Source: Stylophora pistillata (lineage: Eukaryota). From it: 64,000 bases of DNA. Below, piece after piece: positions 1 to 11,673 of the stretch; position 1 is the stretch's first letter, and the number at the start of each line of letters is the position of its first letter. Where the stretch lies: NCBI RefSeq assembly GCF_002571385.2, contig NW_019218144.1, positions 42,073-106,072 on the forward strand, read 5' to 3'. Position numbers and translations under genes: made by a program. Below the pieces are notes generated by a model. It had not been told where the DNA came from and made no database searches. It saw only the letters and a list, made by a program, of their open reading frames with translations.

Positions 1-681
1 AACGTCGTTTCGAAATCTAACTTTTCGTTTTTGTAACTCTTTCGAGGTTATTCCGATGTGTTTCACTTGGAAAATGCTGGCGAGCTATTCAGGGACTATA
101 TCACTACGAACAGCGTTAAAGTAAGGAGAAAGAAAGAAAAATTAACCGTCAAGCGCTCACGTTCTCGAGAAAACCTAAAGATTGGTTATTTCACGTAACG
201 TTTTTTTTGCCGAGAACGGCAAAGAAATGTACCAAAATGTTCAACGCACGTGCAGGGCGATTGGTTTTGCTCATTAAGCCTATTGTTTTCTACCGTTCTC
301 GTTGCCGTCGCCGTCGTCGTTGCTAAAGCTCCCTAATAGGGAACTTAAGCAGTCACGTCGGTTAAAAAATGAGTTTCTACTTTCAGTTAGAATTTCGAAA
401 ATGGCTGCATGTATTTACTGTCTCATAGGGTGCCAGACCTCAAACTCAACATAACGCTGAAAAGTAGCGTTGAGTTCCAAATGTAAATTAAAATAGTTCG
501 TCGCCGCGGTTTCGGTTCGCAGACGACACAAATTTTGGGGATTTCACGTTGTTTTGCAAAGGACGGCAAAGAAATGTACAAAGTTTTAAAACGCACGTGC
601 TGAGCTACTGTTCTGCCAATTAGATCTATTGTTTTCCCACGTTCTCGTTGCCGTCGCCGTCGGGGTTTGCTTAAATTCCCT
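1..681. mobile_element. Two adjacent copies of a non-autonomous TIR DNA element (MITE-like)
   Basis: Copy 2 (338-681) has TIRs AGGGAACTTAAGCA / TGCTTAAATTCCCT. Both copies share CGGCAAAGAAATGTAC...AACGCACGTGC...CGTTCTCGTTGCCGTCGCCGTCG. Copy 1 is cut by the window start. Confidence 0.7.
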
Positions 682-2410
682 AATTTCTGCGCCGCGCCGG
701 TTATTAATTTTCACCAATATGGTCTTAATCTAATCTAGGAAACCATAAAAGCGTATGAAATTTATTTTTCTTTACAATGAAAAATGAGTCTAAGTTAAAG
801 AAAATTAACCAAAATGTAACATTTGTCAAGATATGGAGAACTCCGGAAAAACCGTCACCCCGCTCTTCCCCAGGCCCCCGGCCCTTTGCTGCTATTATCA
901 TTCACTATTATGCTAAAAGACGAAATAACATACTGATTTTGATTGGTTCCCATTCGCGATCTGTTGAAAGAGAGACGTTTAGATGACGTCACCATGAACA
1001 AAATATTCTTGAATAATATCTAAATCGATCAGGCTCGACTTTGTCGAGTGACAAAGATTACAGTTTCTGTAACTGTAACAGATCACAGCAGACGTCAAAA
1101 TGTAACGAGAACATCAGTTACATTCTCACCTGCGCCTCGTGTGCCACTCTTTAGTTCTTGCCATACTTTGACTTCATCTGTGTTCTGTTACTGAACACAA
1201 GCACGGAAACATGGAATCTATTTGTTAATACAAAGAAGGAAAATATGAAAAGTTAGAATTACATGTATTTAGCTTACCGCTATCTAACTATCGTCTGCCT
1301 CGGAACGAAAGGTATTTAGTTGTCGAGTTACGTAATTCTTTAACTTGATAAATCAGTCTAACCTCTGCAACTCTTGAAGTCCTCTGGAGCATCCGTAGAG
1401 CAAAGAACGTTTCCAGACATATGGTGCTAAAGAGTTTTTGGTATGTATGTATATATGGGTGTATGTACGTGTTTAACTAAGAATTTAGTTGACTTATGTG
1501 GACGTGTATCTCAGAAACACGGATTTTCACTAGTCCAATTTATATCCTCCAAGCCTTCACAGTACTTTGTTCCTAACTTAGATTGGAAACGTTGCTATTT
1601 TAGATGCTGTAACACAAATGTTTTCAACACCGATCAAAGCCCAAATGTTGTTGAACTACTAACTTTGTCATCAGATATAGTGCTCTTCGTCAACGCCAGC
1701 ACAGGAACATATCATGCACTGATGTTTAGGGCTAATTTAGCGGGAAGGAGTCGTTGTTATTCTCACAGGAAACAATGTACAATCGAGCTGTAACAAATTA
1801 AGGAGATTCCACGATGAAACCCAACCCATGCACATGAACTGATAAGTTTCGCATTCCAAAAGGGATTGTCATCAAGAGCTTTTTGCCCCTTTGATCTTTA
1901 AAGCTTCCTGCAGATATGAACATAGGGAAAAAGCCATGTAAACGTGCCCAGGAGTAGTGCGAGACGAAAGCACGTGCCAGATCCGCATGAATATGAAGGC
2001 ACCTAAAAAACACTCTCACTAGACAGGCGGCAACATCAGTGAAATGCAGTGTTCCGCTGTTGGATTATTTTACGGTCTTTTCTTTTTCCTTTGACCCTTG
2101 ATTGAGACTAGATGGACGACATGTTTCTTTATTGGACGACCGGACGTAACATTTACCATCTCTCTTCACACTCACACTACGCTTTCGAATTGTCCGATTC
2201 AATTGGTGGGCAAAACGCTTGCTATGCATTTATGAACTAGGCGATTACCGGAGCGCGGAATCTGATAATCAGGCCTCCTCTGCATTATCTGAAAGGAAGT
2301 TTTGAACAAATTATTTTCAGTGAGATGGTAGTAAAACAAATTCATTGGCCTGCCGTGATAAGTTTTGCATTCGAAAGGGTTGTCATCAAAATCTGTTGCC
2401 TCTTTGCAAC

Positions 2411-2848
2411 AGGCTTTTTGCAGTGAGAGATCACGTGCTTAGATACCGCATAGCAACGCCATACTGGAGAGCAAGCAATCCAGTGATCTCAGACAAAATA
2501 GAGATCATAGAGGTCTGCATTCAAACAAAGAATACAGCGGATAACAAGTTAAAGGGTATCCCAATTCGAGAAATCTTGTAACTTTTAATCAACAGCTTCC
2601 TTGGAGTGTATCAGCGAAAAACGAATTTTGGTGTGATTTTGCTGCTGATACACTCCGGGGAAGCTGTTGATTACTTCTTACTGGATTTCTCGAATTGGGA
2701 TACCTTTTGACCTGTTATCCGCTGTATTCTTTGTTTGAATGCAGACCTCTGTGACCTCTATACTGTCTGAGATCACTGGAGTGCTTGCTCTCCAGTATGG
2801 CGTTGCTATGCGGTATCTAAGCACGTGATCTCTAGCTGCAAAAGGCCT
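2411..2848. mobile_element. Long palindromic (foldback) MITE
   Basis: Arms of about 205 bp are near-perfect reverse complements (AGGCTTTTTGCAG...GTATCAGC / GCTGATACAC...CTGCAAAAGGCCT) around a short spacer. Confidence 0.85.
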
Positions 2849-2853
2849 ATTTA

Positions 2854-3554
2854 NNNNNNNNNNNNNNNNNNNNNNNNNNNNNNNNNNNNNNNNNNNNNNN
2901 NNNNNNNNNNNNNNNNNNNNNNNNNNNNNNNNNNNNNNNNNNNNNNNNNNNNNNNNNNNNNNNNNNNNNNNNNNNNNNNNNNNNNNNNNNNNNNNNNNNN
3001 NNNNNNNNNNNNNNNNNNNNNNNNNNNNNNNNNNNNNNNNNNNNNNNNNNNNNNNNNNNNNNNNNNNNNNNNNNNNNNNNNNNNNNNNNNNNNNNNNNNN
3101 NNNNNNNNNNNNNNNNNNNNNNNNNNNNNNNNNNNNNNNNNNNNNNNNNNNNNNNNNNNNNNNNNNNNNNNNNNNNNNNNNNNNNNNNNNNNNNNNNNNN
3201 NNNNNNNNNNNNNNNNNNNNNNNNNNNNNNNNNNNNNNNNNNNNNNNNNNNNNNNNNNNNNNNNNNNNNNNNNNNNNNNNNNNNNNNNNNNNNNNNNNNN
3301 NNNNNNNNNNNNNNNNNNNNNNNNNNNNNNNNNNNNNNNNNNNNNNNNNNNNNNNNNNNNNNNNNNNNNNNNNNNNNNNNNNNNNNNNNNNNNNNNNNNN
3401 NNNNNNNNNNNNNNNNNNNNNNNNNNNNNNNNNNNNNNNNNNNNNNNNNNNNNNNNNNNNNNNNNNNNNNNNNNNNNNNNNNNNNNNNNNNNNNNNNNNN
3501 NNNNNNNNNNNNNNNNNNNNNNNNNNNNNNNNNNNNNNNNNNNNNNNNNNNNNN
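2854..3554. other. Assembly gap (701 N)
   Basis: Run of N directly after a long palindromic element. Confidence 0.99.
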
Positions 3555-3630
3555 CTTTCCCAGCCCCAAGGGACTCGAGCTCACCTGTGTTCCCTGTGTG
3601 AGACAGAAAAGCTGAAAGAGTTTACATTCA

Positions 3631-3806
3631 CAGGGCTCGACACTAACTTTTCAACTTATTAGCCAAGTGGCTAGTGAAATCTTAGATGGTACGACAATTT
3701 CAGTTTGTTTACTAGCCAAACTGGCTAGTGGAAATCGAAAACCACTAGCCAAAACCGAATTTCTACTAGTCTGTGGCTAGTGGGCTACTATTAGTGTCGA
3801 GCCCTG
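3631..3806. mobile_element. hAT-like MITE with 5-bp TSD
   Basis: Perfect 16-bp TIR CAGGGCTCGACACTAA / TTAGTGTCGAGCCCTG; ATTCA on both flanks; internal CTAGCC / GGCTAG repeats. Confidence 0.85.
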
Positions 3807-4176
3807 ATTCACTTATTTTCCGCTTTTGATATATATCTATCGTCTGACCTGGTACGAAAGGGATAAAGTTGTCACGTTACTTACAAGTTCCTTAACTTGA
3901 TAAATTAGTCTAACTTCTGCAACTCTTGAAATATTCTGGAACATCTCAAGTTTCCGGACATATGCTGAGAAAGGGCTGTTTGGAATGTATTTATATGTTC
4001 ATGTTTCCTACTGAGATTAATTACCCTGCGGATGTGGACATGTATCTCACTAACATGAATTTCCACCATCCATTCGCAATTCCCCAAACGTCAGGGCACT
4101 ATGTTCTTAACTTGGTATGGAAAGTTAGATTTTAAATGTTCGAAAACACGTTTTAACACAGATCAGAGGTATTAAT

Positions 4177-4545
4177 GTAACTAATTCCTGCTGTGTCAAG
4201 TATGATACCCTTTTGTCAGCGCTGGTAAAGGAACATCAGTAACAGATACTGGTATTTTGTGTCCTGCTAACTTTTCCTTGTAGTTGCTACGGGAAACGAT
4301 GTGCACCTGAGCTGTAACCAATTAGGGTAGTACAACAGTGATCAACTAAATCCTCAGTGTATTATTAGTGTAACTAATCCTTGCTGTGTCAAATATGATA
4401 CCCTTTGTCAGCGCTAGTAAAGGAACATCAGACACAGACACTGGTATTTTGTGTCGTGCAAACCTTTTCTTGTATTTTCTACGGGAAACGATGTGCACCC
4501 GAGCTGTAACCAATTAGGGTAGTGCAACAGTGATGAACTGAATCC
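4177..4545. repeat. Direct tandem duplication, period ~193 bp
   Basis: 4177-4354 and 4370-4545 align along their length (GTAACTAAT...GCTGTGTCAA...GAGCTGTAACCAATTAGGGTAGT). Confidence 0.85.
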
Positions 4546-5027
4546 ATGCACGTGCACTGATAAGATTCGCATGTTAAGAGAATTTTCATCGACAGCTGTT
4601 TGCCCCTTTGAACTTTGAGGCATCCTCCAGATATTAACTTGAGGAGAATGACACGTTAAACGTGCCCAGGATTTGATGCAAGACGAACACACGTGGCCGA
4701 GTACATCATGGTTATATTACAAACGCACCTTAAACTAAGAGAGAGGAATTACCACGTTGCCAACAAAAACGAAGTGGAAACTTCCACTGCCACAATCTAG
4801 ACCAAACTGTGACCTGTTTCTTTTATTCGGCTCCGAGCCCAGAATTAACAATCCGAGCAGTACTCAGAAGGCTTGATACATATTAACCAAAAAGTGGTCA
4901 TCTTGGAGCGCGGAATCCAAACCTTTGTGGTTTGACTCGTTGGGGGTACTCAGAACATTTTCTTTGGCCCATGCTCGTAACAAAACGAAAGAACACCTTT
5001 CTTAAGAACTATGTTCTTTGTTATCCA

Positions 5028-5046
5028 TGTATATATGTATGTATGC

Positions 5047-5107
<61 letters not shown>

Positions 5108-5111
5108 TATC
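5028..5111. repeat. (TA)n microsatellite
   Basis: Direct reading. Confidence 0.95.
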
Positions 5112-7459
5112 TACGAAGCTTCCGACAGTGCCGATCCTAGCAGTTTGCAGGGCGCTTGTCACTTATGGACCTAGTATGACTCCGAGCACACTACCGAGTT
5201 CTCTTTATAATAGTTCAAAAACAGGGTCTTGGAACGAATCATTGCGTAAAATTCGAAGATCAGGCCTCCGCTTGCCCTCAAGAAATGTTCATATCTGATA
5301 GCGATGAACCAAATAGCGATGAACCAGATAGCGTTGAACCAAATCCATCCACGTGCAGCGATAAGTTTTACCTTAGAAATTTTTTTCATGAAAATCTGTT
5401 TGCCCCTATGATCCTTGAGACTCGGGCAAATAATAAGGAGAAGAGAAAAACATTGCACGTTCAATGTACCAACGATAAAATCCAAAGCTAAACGCACGTG
5501 CCGGTGCCGCATGGACGTTCTTTATCAGTCTTGACTTTGATGTCAGCAGGTCTGTTGACGGTAAGGATTTAGGATTCCAGGTCTTAAAATGGAATGGAAA
5601 ATGGTATACTTTGTCTGAAATAGGTCCAGGAGAACCTATAGCCACCGGCAAGCCTTTTAGGGATTCCTGAAAAGTACACCTTTTCCTAGCCCGAAGGGTC
5701 TCGCGCTCAGCGTTTGACATGTGAGACTTTAGAGCAGAAAAGGTTACCTTTACATATTTATCGCTACCGACATGTCTTTATCTTCAGAACGAAAGCTATT
5801 TTTTGCCAGGTTACGTAATTCTTTAACTTTATAAACCAGTCTAATCTCTGCTACTCTTGAAATCTTCTGGAACATCCATCGAATAAAGACCTTTGCTAGG
5901 AAAAGGCTGCAGTTTTGGAATGTACGTATATGTATGTATGTTTGCATGTATGTATGAATCAAAGATTTAGTTTTCTTCTAGGTGCAGACATGCATCTCGG
6001 TGACACAGAGTCTTCCTTTTCCATTTTCTATTTTCCGTCCTCCAACCTTCATAGCGCTGTGTTCTTAACTTGTTTTAGAAGGGTTGCCGTTTGGATGTTC
6101 GAAAGCAAATGTTCTCAACGCCATCTTAAGGTGTTTGTTGTACCCCTTGTCGCTCTTTCAGATGATACCCTTCGTCAGCGCTACAGCGGAGGCACATAAC
6201 ATGCACTCAATATTGTGTGCTTTCTTGTTATTGTATTCCTGAGGGAAACGATTTGCACCCGAGCTGACGTTAGTCAGTTTAGTCACGGTGATGAGACGTT
6301 AACGAAACCCATGCACGTGCACTGATAAGGTTTTCATTTGAAAAGATTGTCATCCACAGCTGTTTGACTCTTTGATCTGAGCTTTATGGAGATATCAGCT
6401 TCTAGAAACAGCATGTTAAACGTGTCCAGAATTAGATGCAAGTAGAACGCACGTGCAATGTAAAGCTCCATTGCGGGAATAATCAGTTTAGTTCGTTCAT
6501 GTTTAGTTTGTTCCATGCACGATTGTGACTGCGAATGACATATTTCCATTAAACGAGGATTGACCTTGAAATTCACCATTTTTTATTCGCACAAGGTATT
6601 CTCGACATCATGCCACTACATCGTTTCATTTTTAGCTGCGAGAGAATCAAACGGGGAAACTCTAGTGAATAACGATAACACTAGTAGTTGAATCATGATA
6701 ACATTAAAAGTTGAATCAAAATGGCAAATTAAAAGCGTTCGTTAGTGCTAGAAAAGAGGCATAAATGCAATCTTCTGTCGGTTGGAGTACACTTGAAATA
6801 TCAGCAAATCAAACTGCCAAATTAAGTCAGAGGGATAGTAATCAACTGAACCAATCGAAGTGCACTGATTAGTTTCACATTTGAAAGTAAGTTCATCAAC
6901 AGCTATTTGCCCCTTTTATCTTTAAGCTTCATATAGATGTTCAAAATTTTTTCGAGAAAATGGCACGTTTAACTTGAGCAGAACTTGATGCAAGACGAAT
7001 GCGACTACCCGCGTTACCACGGCTTGGCACTTGACCAACCGTTATCATTAACTCGTCACGAATACGTAGTACTATATTGGATTTCTATGGAAAAGGGTTG
7101 CATGTGGAAACTTTACAATGTTTGAGATTTGACTTGAAAAACTGCTGACCTCGCTTCAGTTGTACGTTTCTTTGTCTCTGGTTTGTGTATACAAAACGTT
7201 CACTTAATTATATAACTGTCCTTACACTGGTAGCTTTCGGCTCTCTTATGACTGTTCACAAACAAAGATGTCCAGTTAAAAGATTGAGCTAAACCGATTT
7301 TTTTTTTAGGAAGCTGTTTTGTTAAACAACGTCTAAACTTTTTTTAAATAATCAGCTCATATGTTCTTTAATGCTCGTTAAGCTTTATTCAGCGCATCTC
7401 ACTTGTGAAGCGAAGACTTGCGTTCCTATGATAGTCCACATGTTGTTTAACAAGTATAT

Positions 7460-7650
7460 GTATTTATCATCACGGGTTTAGTACGAATCAACTTAACGGC
7501 CTGCTCCCCTAGTTGGCTTGTTAGCTCAATTGGTAGAGCGCTGCACTACTATCGCAGAGTTCAGTGGTTCGAATCCCGTAAAGGCCTGATTTTTTTCAGG
7601 TCTGATTTTCGCTAATGCATAAATAACGCTCTCTACTGCGAGGATCGTGC
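7460..7650 (+). mobile_element. tRNA-like interspersed repeat (SINE-type; tRNA-like part 7515-7587)
   Basis: A box TAGCTCAATTGGTAGAGC and B box GGTTCGAATCCC, with a degenerate anticodon arm. A homolog lies at 21190-21445. Confidence 0.7.
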
Positions 7651-7884
7651 ATCATACGTAGGCATATGTATGTGAACATGCAAGATGAGTCTAGCGAAGA
7701 GCAGTAGTATAATCTTTCCCCTGATGTGCTCCCTCGGTTCTTGAAGACTCAGGATCAGCCTTTTCTGTCAACAATCTAGCTTAAAGTTTACCAGCTTTCT
7801 TGTTCCATTTACTCCCACGACCGCGCCTTTCGACTCTCCCGATTCAAAAGATTATCAACTGTTAATCTCTTGCCTGATATTAAC

Positions 7885-8005
7885 CGCAGTATGAAAGTGT
7901 AGTGTGATCGTCAGGGTGAGCGTAGTCCTGAGAAGGACTGTTGTAGGTGGTAGTGACTGACGTTTCGGCAACCTGTGCGGAAGTCATCATCAGAAGCAAG
8001 TGAAT
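7885..8005 (-). mobile_element. Penelope-like pLTR fragment carrying a minimal hammerhead ribozyme motif (7957-7993)
   Basis: The minus strand reads CTGATGA-T-GAC-TTCCGCACAGGTT-GCC-GAAAC-GTC-AG, i.e. the CUGANGA...GAAA...GUC core. Stem II has one mismatch. Confidence 0.6.
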
Positions 8006-8269
8006 AGTTGTTGTCAGTAGACTGGTTCTTATTTCAGTTCATGTAAAATGATTGATCAGTTTTGCCGTGATGTTATTGGCTGTAAGACTCTAGTGGCGTA
8101 AGGTTAGGCATTGCGCAGAGTCCCAGTCAATATTGTGGTTCGTAAGTCGGTGATGTTTAGCAATGTGATTGTTGACATCACCTTTCCTCGTCGCCCGTCT
8201 GTCTTCGGTCTTTACTGCATAACCGCATTATGTAGGACACGTCACATAAATGACCTTGCTTACCATATA

Positions 8270-8390
8270 GTTTTTTATAGCTCAGTGGTAGAGAAATCGA
8301 AGGTCTTGGATTCAATTCCTTTTGGGGAGTCAGATAATTTTCTTTATCCCACGCACATAAAAAAGACATGTAACATCTTTGTCTTCTGCT
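8270..8390 (+). mobile_element. Degenerate tRNA-derived SINE
   Basis: TAGCTCAGTGGTAGAG...GATTCAATTCC...GGGGAGTCAGA...TCCCACGC; same family as 27460-27605 and 4905-5002. Confidence 0.55.
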
Positions 8391-8859
8391 AGCGAAATTT
8401 GCACTTGTGATATCGGGAACCGAGGTAGAGTTTGGAATTCATAATTAGTAATTGCTTAAGGTCTTAAAAATACATTTAACTTTATTTCGTCTATGTAAGA
8501 CTAAGTATGATTTACAAAGTTAAAATAAATTTAGTCAAAGAAAACGTTTCCAAGTATTAACGTCAACCAGTCTAGTGGTTGGCAACTGCTAAGATCGGAA
8601 AAAAATAATCCTCAGCGGTCAAAGCCATCCGCCCACGTCCGTTATACACTCTTGCATAACTACCACAAAAATATAACCTAAACCACTCATTTTCTCGTGA
8701 CCCTTTTAAAAACTCCCTAGATTCGATTACTAATTTTCCTACGATTGCCTTATATTTCCTTTTAACTTAGACGGGAGAATTTGGTGAGATATTGAGGCAA
8801 AGCCCTCTCCCTCCCCCGTTGGTATTCTTGTCTGAGCTTCATTAATTGTTTGTAGAATA

Positions 8860-9234
8860 ATAGAGAGATTTAGCACGACGTTTACGTGAAACGGCAAACG
8901 TCAGCTTGTGCTTTCACTTTTCACGTGAAATAGCGTGAACCTTGCTGCTTAAGCTTCGCGTGAGCTCACGTCATAGTGGATTTGAAGGCGTCCTTGTCTG
9001 ACTTACAAGGAATAGTTCCGGTGCCCTTTTTCCGGAAATTAACTTTTACTCTGTGAGAGAAAAAACGAAGAAAGTCTTAAGTACACGGCAAACGCGATAC
9101 AGGTTACTTTCACGTTGAAAAGGCAAAACGCAACCGGCAAACGTGAAAAAATGGCGGGAAAAACAAGGACACATGATCACGCTTGCCATTCACGTTTTAC
9201 GTAAACGCGGTGCTACAGTAAATGTATCTCTTTA
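8860..9234. mobile_element. Degenerate TIR element (MITE)
   Basis: Left end TAGAGAGATTTAGCACGACGTTTACGTGAAACG; the right end is an imperfect inverse (CGTTTTACGTAAACGCGGTGCTA...TCTCTTTA). Confidence 0.55.
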
Positions 9235-11240
9235 ATGTATTTAAACTGATGCAGCGAATTTACTTAGTCATAAAAGTATCAGGGTAGCATAGCTGCAGTG
9301 AGATCAATCATGATATAGCGGAAAGACAGGTTATTTCGGTCCAAGGATATCGAAATGAAGAGACGCAATCGGGGTATTGGCTTTGTGGTTCAATGCACAA
9401 TGAAAATCTTTACCTCTCTCAAAAGACAAAGAAACAAACGCCGTTAAAAGAAAAATCTCGGTGGAAACTTAAAAAAGGAGAAGTATCTCAGTTACAAACT
9501 GAAGGAAGATACCTAAAATAAACCGAAAGATTGAGATAAAGGATATAGGATAATTACCACATTATGCTCCGATAGGATTTGTGAAAAACAAACATTTTAA
9601 TTGAATTTTAGATCAATTGATAAGACGCAATGATTAATTTCGGAGGCGATAATTCCTGAGATGGCTATCCCCTAGCTGTTGTAACTCTTGCATAAAGTTG
9701 CAATTGCATCTTACTCCCCGAAACTGAGCCGCGCAGTCAAGCTGAGTGCAACGAGAACGTAAGGGTAACCCAATTGCCCAATTGTTTTCTTTGATCTGAA
9801 GCGGAAGATTATATTCTTTTAAGCGCAAGGGTCAGCTAACCCTCGATTCTCCTGATTTTTTTCATTTTCTAGGCGTTTCTATTGTCAAATGTTACTGCTT
9901 TGAAGCTTAAAATCCGATTGTACTTAAACTCAAACGTGCGGGTAAAATTAAGATTACCACGGCTCGCATGATAACTTTCCTAAATCCCAAAATTGGCTTA
10001 TGGTCAAGAATGAATACCAAGGTTCTCACAAAATTACTGTATAGTGTGTTTTTCTTAAGAAGAAGAAAAAAAAAGTGCAAAGGTTCCCGAAAAAAAAATA
10101 GATGATAGCAAGACTGTTCTATGTCAAGAAAAGATACTTTCTTTTCTGTACTTAATAAGATAGTAAAAAAAGTAGCTGGAGTAGTCAGTTAATTATACCC
10201 AACAAGATGCCTTTTTAGCTTCGTGTTTATCTATAATGACTTTATCCAGTTTTGGCAGCTCGTTGATTGCAAAGAAGAGAATAGGAGATTACGATAACTT
10301 CACTTCCGGCTGAGAAATGATGTACAAGTGAATGTTGTTTTTTTCTTTGTGCGGCGTAGTATGATCGGTAAGGCGAAGACGCAGAGTCATTCGGATGACA
10401 AATTGCTATTACCGAGATGGTCAAATGTTATTATTTATGTCGCACCCATATCAACATATATACTGTTTATCATAAACTATGTACACTTAAATAGCGCGAG
10501 ACAAGGTTAACGTCTGGTGCTACCTGATACGATCATATTCTGATTAGGATCGCTTAATCACGTTTTTGATGTCTTAAACAAAAATAAGACAAAGAATATG
10601 AAGATAAAAAAGGAAAAAAAAAACTTAAGAGAAGAATCTAGCATGAGTAGGTCAAGGCTATTGCGCCTATCTTGGGTTCCTTTTAAATTGGATTGAATGG
10701 TGATCGCAATGAATCACGATGTAACAAGATCTACCAACGTTGGTGGGTGAGTTATTCGCTTTGGAAAATGATCCAAGGATTGTTCAAACTTCCTAATATT
10801 TTGTCGATCTGCCAGACTTATTTTCTATTTTAGGTTATTCGAAAGGGCATTCCGTACATTTTAGGAAAGAGAGTGACGTAAATCAGATTGAGCCTGTAAA
10901 AACTCTTAACCTTTTAAACACCCGGATTGACCAAAGGGGACTTTCTCATTCCGTTATCGATACAATTTCAAGCAGTAAGTTAAGGGGAAGAAGGAAAGAC
11001 ATCAACTAGGCAACAACGTTTGATGTAACACGAAATTCTCTGAGCTAAATTTTTCTAAAAAAAGTATCACATACAATGCGGAGAATTGATATAGGATATC
11101 GCGGATTAAAAGGGTCGAAAATATAACGGAATGGTTGGCGAAATGCTCACGCGCGTGCACAGCGTGTGGCAAAATGTGCGAGACGCCACTGTTGAAGGAT
11201 TTGAATTGAAGTATTTGTATTTGCGCAGCCGATGTCTCGG

Positions 11241-11519
11241 GTTAAATAAACATCATACAGAGCGAGACTAAAGCTAGCCAGAAGGTAATCTGTAGGCTTT
11301 TACAGTGCTCCAGTTTAATGATTGAGACTCATGGCTGTAACACCGCCTACTATTCATCTATCAATCATGATCTACATTCCAGACCTTACTCTTGAATTTA
11401 CGTTTTCGCAAGAGGAGAATTAAAGAAACGGATTATCATTTGTTGACTTTTGCAGAGGAAGCGTTACGCAGAGAGATTTAGATCAGTGAGTTGGACAAAC
11501 AAACGCAGCGTTCATCACG
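11241..11519 (+). promoter_or_regulatory. Putative TATA-like box, non-coding first exon and 5' UTR intron of gene A
   Basis: TTAAATAAA at ~11242; donor AAG|GTAATC at 11284/11285; acceptor TTTTGCAG| at 11455/11456, 64 nt before the ATG. Confidence 0.35.
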
Positions 11520-11673
11520 ATGATTTCGACCCACAAGACGATTTTTTGCACGATTGCCTTGTCTCTTTTGGCAAACAGCATTGCCCTCAGAAACTCCACA
11601 GAAAGCAATAAACCGACGAGCTCCTTCAATGAAACGACGTCATTCCACGGAGTGGACAGTGAAGCACCTTTAG
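11520..11673 (+). CDS. Gene A coding exon 1: signal peptide + S/T/N-rich segment
   Basis: MISTHKTIFCTIALSLLANSIALRNSTESNKPTSSFNETTSFHGVDSEAPL(G). Hydrophobic leader; donor G|GTAACG is phase 1, matching the next exon. Confidence 0.75.

Larger units (their letters stand above)
1260..7010. repeat. Diverged higher-order tandem repeat (three long units, six copies of a ~190-bp core)
   Basis: Long units at ~1262-1990, ~3840-4700 and ~5750-6460 align by eye (e.g. AACTTGATAAATCAGTCTAACCTCTGCAACTCTTGAA variants). Extra core copies lie at 2345-2408, 5334-5512 and 6845-7005. Segment 3555-3625 matches 5681-5757. Confidence 0.8.

Noticed and set aside
1325-1400. Minus-strand peptide M(F/L)QxxSRVAE(V/I)RL(I/V)Y(Q/K)VKEL open in all three long repeat units, with acceptor- and donor-like flanks
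   Set aside because: Between two of the copies most differences are nonsynonymous (about 6 of 7), so there is no clear coding constraint. Kept only as a weak alternative for the repeat.
2825-3601. 258-aa and 245-aa ORFs in the track
   Set aside because: They consist almost entirely of X from the N gap.
4480-4630. Minus-strand Cys-rich peptide GGCLKVQRGKQ...CESYQCTCMDSVHHCC resembling VWC/beta-microseminoprotein spacing
   Set aside because: The frame is bounded by stops, and the CC and reading frame are not kept in the other repeat copies.
4932-5298. ORFs with YIYIYI runs
   Set aside because: Translation of the (TA)n microsatellite.
6880-6920. Minus-strand GQIAVDELTF similar to the MAM [10 protein letters not shown] motif
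   Set aside because: No other MAM motifs or splice sites nearby; likely chance.
7515-7587. tRNA gene candidates (also ~21251-21323, ~27510-27580 and ~36850-36920)
   Set aside because: Anticodon arms and stems are degenerate and each sits in a longer repeated body, so they are SINE-type derivatives.
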